Shown in pieces: positions 26,570-34,893 of a stretch of DNA of 64,000 nucleotides (its first letter is position 1; each line of letters starts with the position of its first letter). The notes beneath the pieces were generated by a model that saw only the letters and a program-made list of their open reading frames with translations, did not search any database and was not told the DNA's origin. The position numbers and the translations under genes were made by a program. The DNA is from an uncultured Gammaproteobacteria bacterium (GTDB lineage: Bacteria; Patescibacteriota; Patescibacteriia; Magasanikbacterales; GWA2-37-8): contig CAZQUL010000001.1 of assembly GCA_964596525.1 (NCBI GenBank), positions 1,276,312-1,340,311 on the forward strand. The letters are read 5' to 3'.

Positions 26570-27193
26570 ATGTCGACCCTGAAGAACACTGGCCTCGCCG
26601 CCTTCTCGCTGTTCACCCTGCTGACCGGCTGCGGCGCTCCGGACCTGAACCCCGGCTCGACGCCCGGGGGCCCCATCGGTCCCATCGCGAGCACGGACCC
26701 GCTGCGCGAGGCCGACATCCCCGGCCCCTATACGATCGATGTCTCGACGGCGACCGACACCTGCCGCGGCCTGAACGAGGCCGTGTCGATCCTCAACAAG
26801 TCGGGCCTCTGGGGCACCTTCCAGGAGCCCAAGCTCGCCTGCACGTTCCCGCTCGACACGCGGCTCCCGCAGCGCGAGTTCTGGCTGTCCATCAGCCAGC
26901 TCGACGAGACCCGGCGCAGCACGACCCTCGGCTGCGAGTTCATGGGCAGCGAGATCCTGTTCCGCAACACGTTCGCGGTCCGCATGATCAAGAGCAGCAA
27001 GGACGGGGACCGGACGTTCAGCCTGAACTTCCAGTACCTCGAGATGTTCACCGGCATTTCCGTCTCGAAGATCGGAAGCAACGAGGACATCATCTCCGTG
27101 CTCGAGGCGTCCCAGGCGACCCGGCCGCCGGTCAACCCGCAGAACTTCATGTTCTGCCGGCTCGATCTGACGCCCGCCCTCAGCAAGCTGTAG
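26570..27193 (+). CDS. second G+C-rich lipoprotein gene (hypothetical)
   Basis: Start at MSTLKNTGLAAFSLFTLLTGCGAPDL (lipobox LLTGC) with GGAGG 8 nt upstream; coding region much more G+C-rich than flanks; overlapping 185-aa antisense ORF judged artefactual. Confidence 0.6.
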   Translation: MSTLKNTGLAAFSLFTLLTGCGAPDLNPGSTPGGPIGPIASTDPLREADIPGPYTIDVSTATDTCRGLNEAVSILNKSGLWGTFQEPKLACTFPLDTRLPQREFWLSISQLDETRRSTTLGCEFMGSEILFRNTFAVRMIKSSKDGDRTFSLNFQYLEMFTGISVSKIGSNEDIISVLEASQATRPPVNPQNFMFCRLDLTPALSKL

Positions 27194-27242
27194 TCGCCAC
27201 CTGGCCTGCAGCGGCTGAGAGGCTTCGCACTGTGCATTCCCA

Positions 27243-27270
27243 CCCCCGTCCCTGACGGGGGTTTATATTT
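27243..27270 (+). terminator. rho-independent terminator
   Basis: CCCCCGTC-cct-GACGGGGGTTTATATTT. Confidence 0.6.
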
Positions 27271-27486
27271 ATAATTGAAAAACACCTCGAAGGGACGAGA
27301 TGTTTTTCAGCGCAGTAGTTATAAGCACGGCATGTGTCCCGTGAAGGTAGGTGGTGAGCCGCACAGCACGCCCACGGGCGGGCTAAATATAGGCAAACCT
27401 AGGGGACAACATAGAACACTTTTGCACGCACCCATAACTGACTGACAAAATAACTATACCACAACCTCAAAATCCCTTCTAGCGGA

Positions 27487-27515
27487 CCATACAACAAGAC
27501 CTCGGCAGAACCGAG
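27487..27515. terminator. bidirectional terminator (10-bp perfect stem)
   Basis: AAGACCTCGG-cagaa-CCGAGGTCTTGTTGTT. Confidence 0.55.
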
Positions 27516-27575
27516 GTCTTGTTGTTAGTATGCAGTTTTCTACTCCCTACGAGCTACGCCCTACTACCTGGATTA

Positions 27576-28154
27576 TTAATCAACAAACCGCTGATAGCTG
27601 AAAACGACATCGCGGCCGCCGAACCAGTGTTTGATTTCATGCTGCGCTTCTTCGGCGGTTTCGGAGGCATGGATAAGGTTCATGACCGCGCGCTTTTCGG
27701 TGTTGGCAACGGCCGGGGAATCGGCTGAGTAATCACCGCGGATTGTACCCATCTCGGCCTGATACGGCATAGTCGGACCGACGATCTTGCGCACCATATC
27801 AACAGCATGAACACCCTCTACGACCATACGGACAAGCGGCGCGGACACCATGTAATCAACAAGCCACTGGCGGACCATTTTGCCGATTTCTAAATCATCT
27901 TTAGTACCGAGCGCCTGAATGGGGTCGATGTTGTATTTTTCGTAGGTGCCGAGCGTTTTTCCGCCCACGCGCTTGATCCAGGCTTCATCTTTCGGATAAT
28001 GATTGTCGATTTGTTCTTTGGTCGGCTGGAACATTTCAAGCGCTACGATTTTAAGATCGCGCTGCTCGAAGCGGCGGATGATTTCACCGATCAAACCTTT
28101 TTTGACACCATCTGGTTTGATCATGACGTATGTCTGTTCTTTCTTGAAGTTCAT
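27576..28154 (-). CDS. ndk: nucleoside diphosphate kinase (long form with insertion)
   Basis: 192 aa; TYVMIKPDGVKKGLIGEIIRRFEQRDLKIVA...; catalytic His region ...RGDYS....NLIHAS. Confidence 0.85.
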   Translation of the reverse strand: MNFKKEQTYVMIKPDGVKKGLIGEIIRRFEQRDLKIVALEMFQPTKEQIDNHYPKDEAWIKRVGGKTLGTYEKYNIDPIQALGTKDDLEIGKMVRQWLVDYMVSAPLVRMVVEGVHAVDMVRKIVGPTMPYQAEMGTIRGDYSADSPAVANTEKRAVMNLIHASETAEEAQHEIKHWFGGRDVVFSYQRFVD

Positions 28155-28211
28155 AGTATTAACGCTGAGTAAATAAGTTGGGCTTAAGTATAACGTTTTT
28201 GAGAAGCGCTG

Positions 28212-28568
28212 TCAATAAAAAACGGCGAAACGAAAGGTAACGTGGCGTGTCGCTCGGTTGAATTCCACCAAAAGTCCAGCCAAAATAAAGCTTCCTTCGG
28301 CAATCCCCCGCTTAAAACAATAACTTTTGACGGTCTTTTCAAGCTTATGTTTTTTAGCGGGCGTAATAGACGAATACGTAGCCATGTCCCCGCTTTGGCG
28401 GGTTTTAACTTCTACGAAATACCAATCCTCATCGCGGCGCGCAATGATGTCGATTTCTCCTGTAGTGGCAAAGAAATTACGCTCAACCACGGTAAAGCCT
28501 TGGCGAGCCAAAAAAGCGGCAGCTTGGTCTTCGCCCCAGGCGCCCACTTTTTTACGCACGGTCGACAT
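28212..28568 (-). CDS. yraN: YraN-family (UPF0102) predicted endonuclease
   Basis: Start at the internal MSTVRKKVGAWGEDQAAAFLARQGFTVVERNFFATTGEIDIIARRDEDWYFVEVKTR...KKHKLEKT. Confidence 0.75.
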   Translation of the reverse strand: MSTVRKKVGAWGEDQAAAFLARQGFTVVERNFFATTGEIDIIARRDEDWYFVEVKTRQSGDMATYSSITPAKKHKLEKTVKSYCFKRGIAEGSFILAGLLVEFNRATRHVTFRFAVFY

Positions 28569-28591
28569 GCGAGACGTTAGACGAACAAAAC

Positions 28592-28996
28592 CTAGCGGCG
28601 CAGGTATTTCTCGCGGCGTTCGCGCAACGCTTGTTCGGAGCGGATTTCCGGTACACGCAAGGTGAAGTAGCGGTACCATTCATAAGCACGCCACGCCGTA
28701 AGACCAAGGATGACGAGTGCCCAGAGCCGCCATGAGAAAAACGGAATTTGATGCTGGCGCGCAAAAGTGACCAGAAGAAGCGTTACCCCAAACCAGGCGC
28801 TGATGCGCATCGCTCGCAACATAAGGCGTTTAACCACGGAATCTACCGAAGAGCGGCGACTCAAGACAAACAACACCACCGAGAGAATAAGAGCGAGCAG
28901 TGGTATGCCATACCACACGATACGCGCCACACCAAGTGCCGCATCCGGAGTTGAAAACCAGTAAGAAAGGGAAAACAGATTGCCAATGCTATACAT
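28592..28996 (-). CDS. hypothetical membrane protein (4 TM)
   Basis: 134 aa; hydrophobic segments; basic C-terminus. Confidence 0.4.
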   Translation of the reverse strand: MYSIGNLFSLSYWFSTPDAALGVARIVWYGIPLLALILSVVLFVLSRRSSVDSVVKRLMLRAMRISAWFGVTLLLVTFARQHQIPFFSWRLWALVILGLTAWRAYEWYRYFTLRVPEIRSEQALRERREKYLRR

Positions 28997-29008
28997 ACAA
29001 CAAATACA

Positions 29009-29557
29009 TTAAGTTTTTCTGAGCAGAACACCGTAATGGAAATCACTGAACGTCATTTCATCAAGCAGTTCAAAACCGCTGCGCTCTGATTTTACGCGCA
29101 GTGCCTCGCGCGGCAAAAGACGGGCCGGAAAATTGGCGTTTGGGCCGATCTGGCGGGCGTAATCTACAATCAGCACCATGCCGCGCGGCTTGAGGAGGCG
29201 AGCCGTTTCTTCGAGCACGCGGTCATGCGCGGTAAGAGCACTCATAACATTGTGCAGCAAACAGCGGTCCAGCGAATTTTCGGGAATAGCTGTTTTGCCC
29301 ACGGTTTCGATATCCGACCAAACGGTTTTGATATTGCTATGACCATGCGCACGGACAAGGCCGCTCAGGTGTTCGAGCACCTCAGGGACGACGTCGACCG
29401 CATACACGGTTCCTTCGTGCCCAACTTCGCGCGCAAGGGCAAACGTAAGCTGCCCAGAGCGTCCACAGCCCAAATCCGCGACATGCATGCCGCTCTCGAC
29501 ACCTGCTTTGAGCAGCACGTCTTCGGGACGTGCCAAAACATTAGAAGCAAGGAGCAT
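29009..29557 (-). CDS. class I SAM-dependent methyltransferase
   Basis: 182 aa; motif I VADLGCGRSG and a post-I acidic residue (YAVDV). Confidence 0.7.
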   Translation of the reverse strand: MLLASNVLARPEDVLLKAGVESGMHVADLGCGRSGQLTFALAREVGHEGTVYAVDVVPEVLEHLSGLVRAHGHSNIKTVWSDIETVGKTAIPENSLDRCLLHNVMSALTAHDRVLEETARLLKPRGMVLIVDYARQIGPNANFPARLLPREALRVKSERSGFELLDEMTFSDFHYGVLLRKT

Positions 29558-29563
29558 AAAAAA

Positions 29564-29809
29564 TTACCGGATAAGGACTTTCCCGACAGTACCCATGAGA
29601 AAGCCGCCGAAAAGCCCGGTGATAAGAAGAAAACCGATGATGATAACAGCGATGCCAATGAGCTTATACATGAGGCGACTCCCACCATTGAAGCCTAAAT
29701 GTTCTTCGGCCCAAGCAATACTACCGAAATTCTCGAGAAACCATTCGCTTTTAATGACCAAAAGGGTTCCGAGCCCAGACAAAAGAAGGCCCACGAGGAT
29801 TTTAAGCAT
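29564..29809 (-). CDS. small membrane protein (2 TM)
   Basis: 81 aa; MLKILVGLLLSGLGTLLVI... and ...IGIAVIIIGFLLITGLFGGFLMG. Confidence 0.4.
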   Translation of the reverse strand: MLKILVGLLLSGLGTLLVIKSEWFLENFGSIAWAEEHLGFNGGSRLMYKLIGIAVIIIGFLLITGLFGGFLMGTVGKVLIR

Positions 29810-29904
29810 AACGAAAAGGCGAAAAAACAGAGTGATTTGAGTAGAGTACTAAATTCTAGGGGTGGGCGTCAACGGGGAAGGCGAAATATTTCAACTCAAT
29901 TTTT

Positions 29905-29945
29905 TAAAATAAACACCAACAACATCTCTGCTGTTGGTGTTTATT
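29905..29945 (-). terminator. rho-independent terminator (11-bp perfect stem)
   Basis: AAACACCAACA-acatctctgc-TGTTGGTGTTTATT. Confidence 0.55.
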
Positions 29946-30620
29946 CTACTTCTTCTCCCCTTTCCACTCTGTCGTATACCCCGGATTCTCGCTCGGGCGA
30001 AGCTTGTTCGGATATTCGATATCCGTCTTTACATCGTGCGAGAGCTTCTTGAAGAACTTAAATACGTCGTAGGGATTCGCGATGTTGGCAAGCGTGTGTG
30101 GTGTGGCGGTAAAATTACCGCGCCGATCGTGTTCGCCGACACCTTGGGCGAAGAACGCGATACTGCCGGACCCGCCGCCGATGGTTTTGTCCCAAAACCC
30201 GACCTGCACCTCTGTACTCGCAATCTGATCAAAATCAACATAGCTGAAATCACGGCCGATAATACCGCTTTGGATGATGATGCGCTTACCGGTGATGGCG
30301 TAGTAGAGATTTTTATAGCCGAGAATTTTGAGGAGTGGAATGCCGAACAGCAAGAAGAGACCGATGAGTACGAACGGCAGCAAGAAAAGATTAACTGAGG
30401 CCGTCACCATACCTTCGCCCGCGACGTTCAAGAACAATCCAGCCGATAAGAACGGCGACAAAAACAAAAACCACACGATGCCAAAGAGAAATGAAGGGAG
30501 CGAACCGGTGAGTACGTAGGGCCATAATGCCGGTTTTCCTTCCCAGAGAACCTGTTCGTTAGGGTCGAGGATGCGGTCGATTTCGCGCATAGAGAAAAAA
30601 TTAAAGTCTCTTAAACGCAT
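29946..30620 (-). CDS. membrane protein with bacterial PH (bPH_2/DUF304-like) domain
   Basis: Start set at MRLRDFNFFSMREIDRILDPNEQVLWEGKP...; the longer ORF start at 30707 lies inside the tRNA gene. Two TM helices then a PH-like domain (YAITGKRIIIQSGIIGRDFSYVDFDQI). Confidence 0.5.
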   Translation of the reverse strand: MRLRDFNFFSMREIDRILDPNEQVLWEGKPALWPYVLTGSLPSFLFGIVWFLFLSPFLSAGLFLNVAGEGMVTASVNLFLLPFVLIGLFLLFGIPLLKILGYKNLYYAITGKRIIIQSGIIGRDFSYVDFDQIASTEVQVGFWDKTIGGGSGSIAFFAQGVGEHDRRGNFTATPHTLANIANPYDVFKFFKKLSHDVKTDIEYPNKLRPSENPGYTTEWKGEKK

Positions 30621-30651
30621 ACATCGGTTGTCTTGAAAGATCAACCGATGT
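30621..30651 (-). other. 10-bp perfect hairpin between tRNA-Leu and the downstream start codon
   Basis: ACATCGGTTG-tcttgaaagat-CAACCGATGT. Confidence 0.5.
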
Positions 30652-30660
30652 ATGGATATG

Positions 30661-30744
30661 TGCCCAGGAGAGGATTCGAACCTCCATTCCCTTACGAGAG
30701 CTACCACCTCAAGGTAGTGCGTCTACCAATTTCGCCACCTGGGC
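30661..30744 (-). tRNA. tRNA-Leu (anticodon GAG), CCA not encoded
   Basis: Minus strand GCCCAGGTGGCGAAATTGGTAGACGC...CTTGAGGTGGTAG...GGTTCGAATCCTCTCCTGGGCA; type II long variable arm; anticodon loop cTTGAGgt. Confidence 0.85.
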
Positions 30745-30758
30745 ATGTTGAGTTGTAT

Positions 30759-30861
30759 TGTCATTGCGAGCGGCAGCGAAGCAATCCCCTTGATTCCAGA
30801 GCTCTTTCTGACATCGAAGGGATTGCTTCGTCAGTCGTCTAACTCCTTCCTCGCAATGACA
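30759..30861. repeat. about 100-bp palindromic (MITE-like) element, copy 1
   Basis: Outer arms TGTCATTGCGAG / CTCGCAATGACA and inner arms GAAGCAATCCC / GGGATTGCTTC; shares its termini with the element at 52759-52857. Confidence 0.55.
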
Positions 30862-30889
30862 CATTTTACAAAGGGCTGTTCTGCGCTTT

Positions 30890-31651
30890 TTAAAATTTTC
30901 TTTCCTTCCCGACGATCATGTCGATTTTGGGGGCGGCCATGCGAATGACGAGGCGCGTTTCTTTGGATGTGCGCCCGTCGGTTTCAACCGTGAACGGGTT
31001 ATGGCCGATGACCTTCATTTCTTTGAACGGAAACATGCTGGCCTCCTCCTTGGTATACCCCCACCACCGCTTCTTTGTCAACGGTTCAAGATACGCTTCG
31101 AGGCGTCCATCCTGTGGATGAACCGCGTAGGGCAACGGAGCAAGGAGCTGGGCTGGCTGGAACGGCTTAATGTTGCAGACCACCACTTCGAGCAAATCGT
31201 GCGTTGTGATTTTGAACCGTTCGTCGTAGACCACCTGCACTTTGGCCGGCGGAATGCGGATCTGGCCGATGAAGTAGCGATTGTTGACCTGGCCCACGTC
31301 GAGCGGCGTACGGCGGCGGCGCGAGAGCACCATGCACGAGTCGGGTCCGACGGGAATACCGAGGATGGAAGCGATAGAGAGTTCCTTGCCAAGCGGCAAG
31401 TAGCCGAAGGTGCACGGTACGTCGGCGGCGTTGGCGAGGATCTGGCCGAACGTGGTGTCGTCACCTACGATGACGATGGTTTTGGCACCGCGGCGCAGTT
31501 CGTCCACGATCATGCCTTTAACGTCGGAGTAGTTCACGACACGCAGCACTTTACCAGAAAGACCCAAATCGGTCAAACGAACTTCAAGCGCCCGGAGTAC
31601 GGCCGCGTTACTGCCCTGACGCACAAAATTGTCGTACAGGTAAACGTACAT
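30890..31651 (-). CDS. DAGK_cat-family lipid kinase (YegS/BmrU-like)
   Basis: Start at MYVYLYDNF...; GDDTTFGQILANAADVPCTFGYLPLG corresponds to the GGDGT...lPlGtgN lipid-kinase signature. Confidence 0.6.
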   Translation of the reverse strand: MYVYLYDNFVRQGSNAAVLRALEVRLTDLGLSGKVLRVVNYSDVKGMIVDELRRGAKTIVIVGDDTTFGQILANAADVPCTFGYLPLGKELSIASILGIPVGPDSCMVLSRRRRTPLDVGQVNNRYFIGQIRIPPAKVQVVYDERFKITTHDLLEVVVCNIKPFQPAQLLAPLPYAVHPQDGRLEAYLEPLTKKRWWGYTKEEASMFPFKEMKVIGHNPFTVETDGRTSKETRLVIRMAAPKIDMIVGKERKF

Positions 31652-31670
31652 ACTCCCCCGCGCGGGCGTC

Positions 31671-32162
31671 TTATTCGGCACCCATCATGCCGGACGTTTC
31701 TTCGACCGGAGCGGATTTTTTGGAACGGGTTGTGCGGGCAGGCTTGGGAGTTTCAAGACCTTCGACACCGGTCATACTGACCTTACCGTAGAGCACGGCG
31801 CCTGGTTCGACCGAGAGCGTTTCCACTTCCACATCGCCGATGATGCGACCCGTAGAGAGAAGTTCGAGCGAACCCATGATCTTCATGTTACCGCGCACCT
31901 CGCCCGAAATTTTGGCCGTGCCGGCTTGGACATTGGCGAAGATTTTGGCACCGGTTTCTACCAAGAGAAGTTTGGAGGTATATACCGTACCGGTCACCGA
32001 GCCTTTGACGATAATGTCGCCCTCGGAAGAAAAATCGCCTTCGACGTGCACCGAAGGACCGACGACCGTTTCGACGGTGTCGTCGTTCTCGACGCGTTCG
32101 TAGGCGGCTTCGTACTGTTCAGCCGGTGGCTGCGGGGCAGGTTTGGCTTTTTGGAAGATCAT
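31671..32162 (-). CDS. bactofilin-family cytoskeletal protein
   Basis: Start at MIFQKAKPAP...; repetitive beta-helical core (VHVEGDFSSEGDIIVKGSVTGTVYTSKLLLVETGAKIFANVQAGTAKISGEVRGNMKIMGSLELLSTGRIIGDVEV). Confidence 0.7.
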   Translation of the reverse strand: MIFQKAKPAPQPPAEQYEAAYERVENDDTVETVVGPSVHVEGDFSSEGDIIVKGSVTGTVYTSKLLLVETGAKIFANVQAGTAKISGEVRGNMKIMGSLELLSTGRIIGDVEVETLSVEPGAVLYGKVSMTGVEGLETPKPARTTRSKKSAPVEETSGMMGAE

Positions 32163-32274
32163 ACAAGGGTGGAATGAAAAAATGAACATGGTTAGTATAC
32201 CTAAAAAATGGGCTTTTGCCCATCGTGCTTAGTCTGTTGACAACTAAAAGTGTTCAGGCTACCGTGAGTGGCAT

Positions 32275-33672
32275 ATGCAGCATATCCATTTCATCGGCAT
32301 CTGCGGCGTGGCCATGTCCGCGCTTGCGGTGTTGTTTAATAAAAAAGGCTGGAAGGTAACGGGTAGCGACGTGGGTTTTTATCCGCCGGTATCGACCTAT
32401 TTGGAACAAGAAAACATCGCGTTTTATGCTGGGTGGCACCCGGAAAAGATGGGCAAGCCCGACATTGTGGTGGTGGGTAATGTGGCTGGATCGGAAAATG
32501 CAGAGCTCAAGGCGGCCGAAGAACAGGGGCTCCGTACCATGTCGTACCCTGAACTTGTTGCCGAATTTGTAGTAAAAAAAAACTCTATCGTGTGCGTAGG
32601 CACTTACGGTAAAAGCTCTTCGACGACGCTCGTTGCCTACCTTCTTAAATCTGCAGGCAAAAACCCAACGTACATGATCGGCGCTTTGCCGATCGATTTA
32701 CCGGGAAGCGCCGAGGATCCGGTAAGCAGTACCTGGAGCGTACTCGAAGGCGACGAATATAAGACGAGCCGAACCGATCTGCGCGCTAAATTTTTCTCCT
32801 ACCGCCCGACACATCTGCTTTTAACAGGCTTGGCCTGGGACCATGCTGATGTCTACCCGACCGAAGAAGCGTATCTGAACGCGTTCCGGAAACTGCTGCG
32901 CATGATTCCGGCCCACGGACTCATCGTAGCTTGCACGGATAATACTTTGGTAAAGCAGATCATCGACGAGGCTCTGCACGATGAGCGCTTCCAAAAGCCA
33001 CGCATCATTACCTACGGAAAAAACGAACGTGCCGATGTTCGGCTTGTGGATGTTACCGAAACGACTGAGGGTGTGACAGCACGTGTTTTACAAAACGGCA
33101 CGCCTTTCACGTTACATGCCCCGTTGGTCGGCGGTTACATGGCCGAAAATATCTGTGGGGCTTTTACACTCACGACGGCCATCGGCTGCAAACCAGACGA
33201 AGTAGCTACTGCTCTTGGTGGGTTCCACGGACTTAAACGCCGCCTGGAACTACGAGGTAGTACCGCCCGCGGCGCTCGCGTGTATGATGACATTGCGCAT
33301 TCACCCGTGAAAGCGCGCTCAACACTCGAAACACTTCGCCGTTTGTTTCCTGAACACACGATTACTGCCGTGTTCGAACCTAATACCGGTAATCGCACGC
33401 CTGAGGCCGAACCGCAATACGCCCACGCTTTTACCGCCGCAAATCGTGTAGTACTCCCCCGTCTTACCAAACTCAAAAAAAATCCCAATGCTGTGGTGTG
33501 GGACACAACTGATCTCTTACGCGTCATCGGAGCCACACATCCGACCGTCCACATGATTGAAGACGACGAAAAACTGGTCGCATTTTTACGCCAGACAACT
33601 GACAAAGATATTATTGTCTTCATGGGCAGCCACGGCTTCCGCGGCATGATCGAGCAAACACTCGCACCCTAG
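32275..33672 (+). CDS. mpl: Mur ligase family protein, MurC/Mpl type (closest in motif content to murein peptide ligase Mpl)
   Basis: 465 aa; HIHFIGICGVAMSALA, YPPVSTYL, GTYGKSSSTT, EGDEY, WDHADVY, RRLELRG and YDDIAHSP line up with Mpl-specific blocks (YPPMST, EADEYD, EFDHADI, RRLELRG, YDDFAHHP). Confidence 0.75.
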   Translation: MQHIHFIGICGVAMSALAVLFNKKGWKVTGSDVGFYPPVSTYLEQENIAFYAGWHPEKMGKPDIVVVGNVAGSENAELKAAEEQGLRTMSYPELVAEFVVKKNSIVCVGTYGKSSSTTLVAYLLKSAGKNPTYMIGALPIDLPGSAEDPVSSTWSVLEGDEYKTSRTDLRAKFFSYRPTHLLLTGLAWDHADVYPTEEAYLNAFRKLLRMIPAHGLIVACTDNTLVKQIIDEALHDERFQKPRIITYGKNERADVRLVDVTETTEGVTARVLQNGTPFTLHAPLVGGYMAENICGAFTLTTAIGCKPDEVATALGGFHGLKRRLELRGSTARGARVYDDIAHSPVKARSTLETLRRLFPEHTITAVFEPNTGNRTPEAEPQYAHAFTAANRVVLPRLTKLKKNPNAVVWDTTDLLRVIGATHPTVHMIEDDEKLVAFLRQTTDKDIIVFMGSHGFRGMIEQTLAP

Positions 33673-33677
33673 ATTCA

Positions 33678-33842
33678 TTACTTTCCTTCGTCCATGATTT
33701 CGGCCGCCCAGACAGTACCGTCATTGCCGGTGAGTTTGAGGGTAATGCCGCACATGTGGCACTCCACGACCGTGCCGGTTTGGAGCTCGGTATAAGGGTT
33801 TAAATCAACGGTGTTCTTGCATTCTGGACAAATGAGGTTCAT
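33678..33842 (-). CDS. small zinc-ribbon protein (54 aa), LysW-like fold
   Basis: Not in the ORF track: MNLICPECKNTVDLNPYTELQTGTVVECHMCGITLKLTGNDGTVWAAEIMDEGK; CPxC ... CxxC spacing as in LysW/ArgW carriers, but the C-terminus ends -DEGK, not the -EDWGE needed for carrier function. Confidence 0.4.
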   Translation of the reverse strand: MNLICPECKNTVDLNPYTELQTGTVVECHMCGITLKLTGNDGTVWAAEIMDEGK

Positions 33843-33984
33843 AGAGGTAAAGTATGGTGTTCATGTAAAGAATTTCTTTGATTAAAGCATATTTTAAGGA
33901 AAAACGCTAGACACGCACTTATCATTGCGAGCCGGCAGGCAGACTTGCGATGATGGGTATATAAAACATCCATCTCCTTCATCT

Positions 33985-34893
33985 ATGAAAAGCCCCCAAC
34001 TTCCCGCTCCTCGGCTTGCTGCCGCGCTCGGCCTCACAAGCGAAGTGTGGCTCAAACGCGAAGACCTGCACAAAAGCGGCTCTCACAAAGGCCGCTCGAT
34101 TCCGCATATGATTAAGGAATACACCCGGGCCGGAAAACGCCGTTTCGTTATTTCTTCCTCGGGAAACGCAGCCCGCTCCGCGATGCAAGACGTGGCAAGT
34201 CACAATAAAAACCCCCAAGCCGAGCCGCTCGAGCTTGTTGTGCTCGTGGGAGAACATATCGATACCGGAAAATGGGATATCTTGAAAAAATGCGCTGAAA
34301 CGACTTCGGGTATCACGCTTATACAGCATACTAACCCCCGCCAGGAGGCTCAGCGTTTGAGCCAAAAAGGTTACCAGCTTCTGCGTCAATCGACAGACGA
34401 TACCGCACTGTTTGGGTACGGAGAGCTGGCTCTTGAGCTCCATCGCATTCCCGGACTTTCTGCAGTGTTTATTCCAACTTCGAGCGGCACACTAGCCGAA
34501 GGGATATATCAAGGTTTTATCCAGGAAAATACCTCCCCACTCCCAGAATTTCACATCGTGCAAACCGTGAGCTGCCACCCGCTTGCAACTGCTTGGTTTG
34601 CGAACAAAAAACAAAAACTTTCAGAACTGCCAGCCGAAATATCGCTCGCCAGCGCGATCACAGACAACATTGGTCAGCGCCAAAAACAGATCATCAACCT
34701 TCTCACCGCTACACGCGGCGCGGCCTGGATCATTACCAACGAACAAATACAAAAAGCCCAGCACCTGGTGCTGGAAAGTGAAGGGGTCGAGATTTCCGCG
34801 ACTAGCGCTTTGAGCGTCGCTGCATTGCAAGCCGCCCTCGCGAGCGGATGGAAACCGCAGGGCGCCGTCGCTTGCCTTATTACCGGCCCCTAA
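33985..34893 (+). CDS. PLP-dependent enzyme, fold type II (tryptophan-synthase-beta/threonine-synthase superfamily)
   Basis: Start at MKSPQLPAP...; LKREDLHKSGSHKGRS carries the PLP-lysine motif (cf. SFKDRG); a Gly-rich loop (IPTSSGTLAEG) follows. Confidence 0.55.
   Translation: MKSPQLPAPRLAAALGLTSEVWLKREDLHKSGSHKGRSIPHMIKEYTRAGKRRFVISSSGNAARSAMQDVASHNKNPQAEPLELVVLVGEHIDTGKWDILKKCAETTSGITLIQHTNPRQEAQRLSQKGYQLLRQSTDDTALFGYGELALELHRIPGLSAVFIPTSSGTLAEGIYQGFIQENTSPLPEFHIVQTVSCHPLATAWFANKKQKLSELPAEISLASAITDNIGQRQKQIINLLTATRGAAWIITNEQIQKAQHLVLESEGVEISATSALSVAALQAALASGWKPQGAVACLITGP

Noticed and set aside
26728-27285. 185-aa minus-strand ORF
   Set aside because: Antisense to the second high-GC lipoprotein gene; Ser/Arg-rich, no RBS.
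27290-27486. Possible ncRNA in the spacer upstream of ndk
   Set aside because: No tRNA-like or known RNA motif recognised; the sequence is likely just a 3' UTR/terminator region. Not reported as a feature.
29946-30707. 253-aa version of the PH-domain membrane protein
   Set aside because: Its 5' end runs through tRNA-Leu on the same strand; start moved to the first ATG after the tRNA and hairpin.
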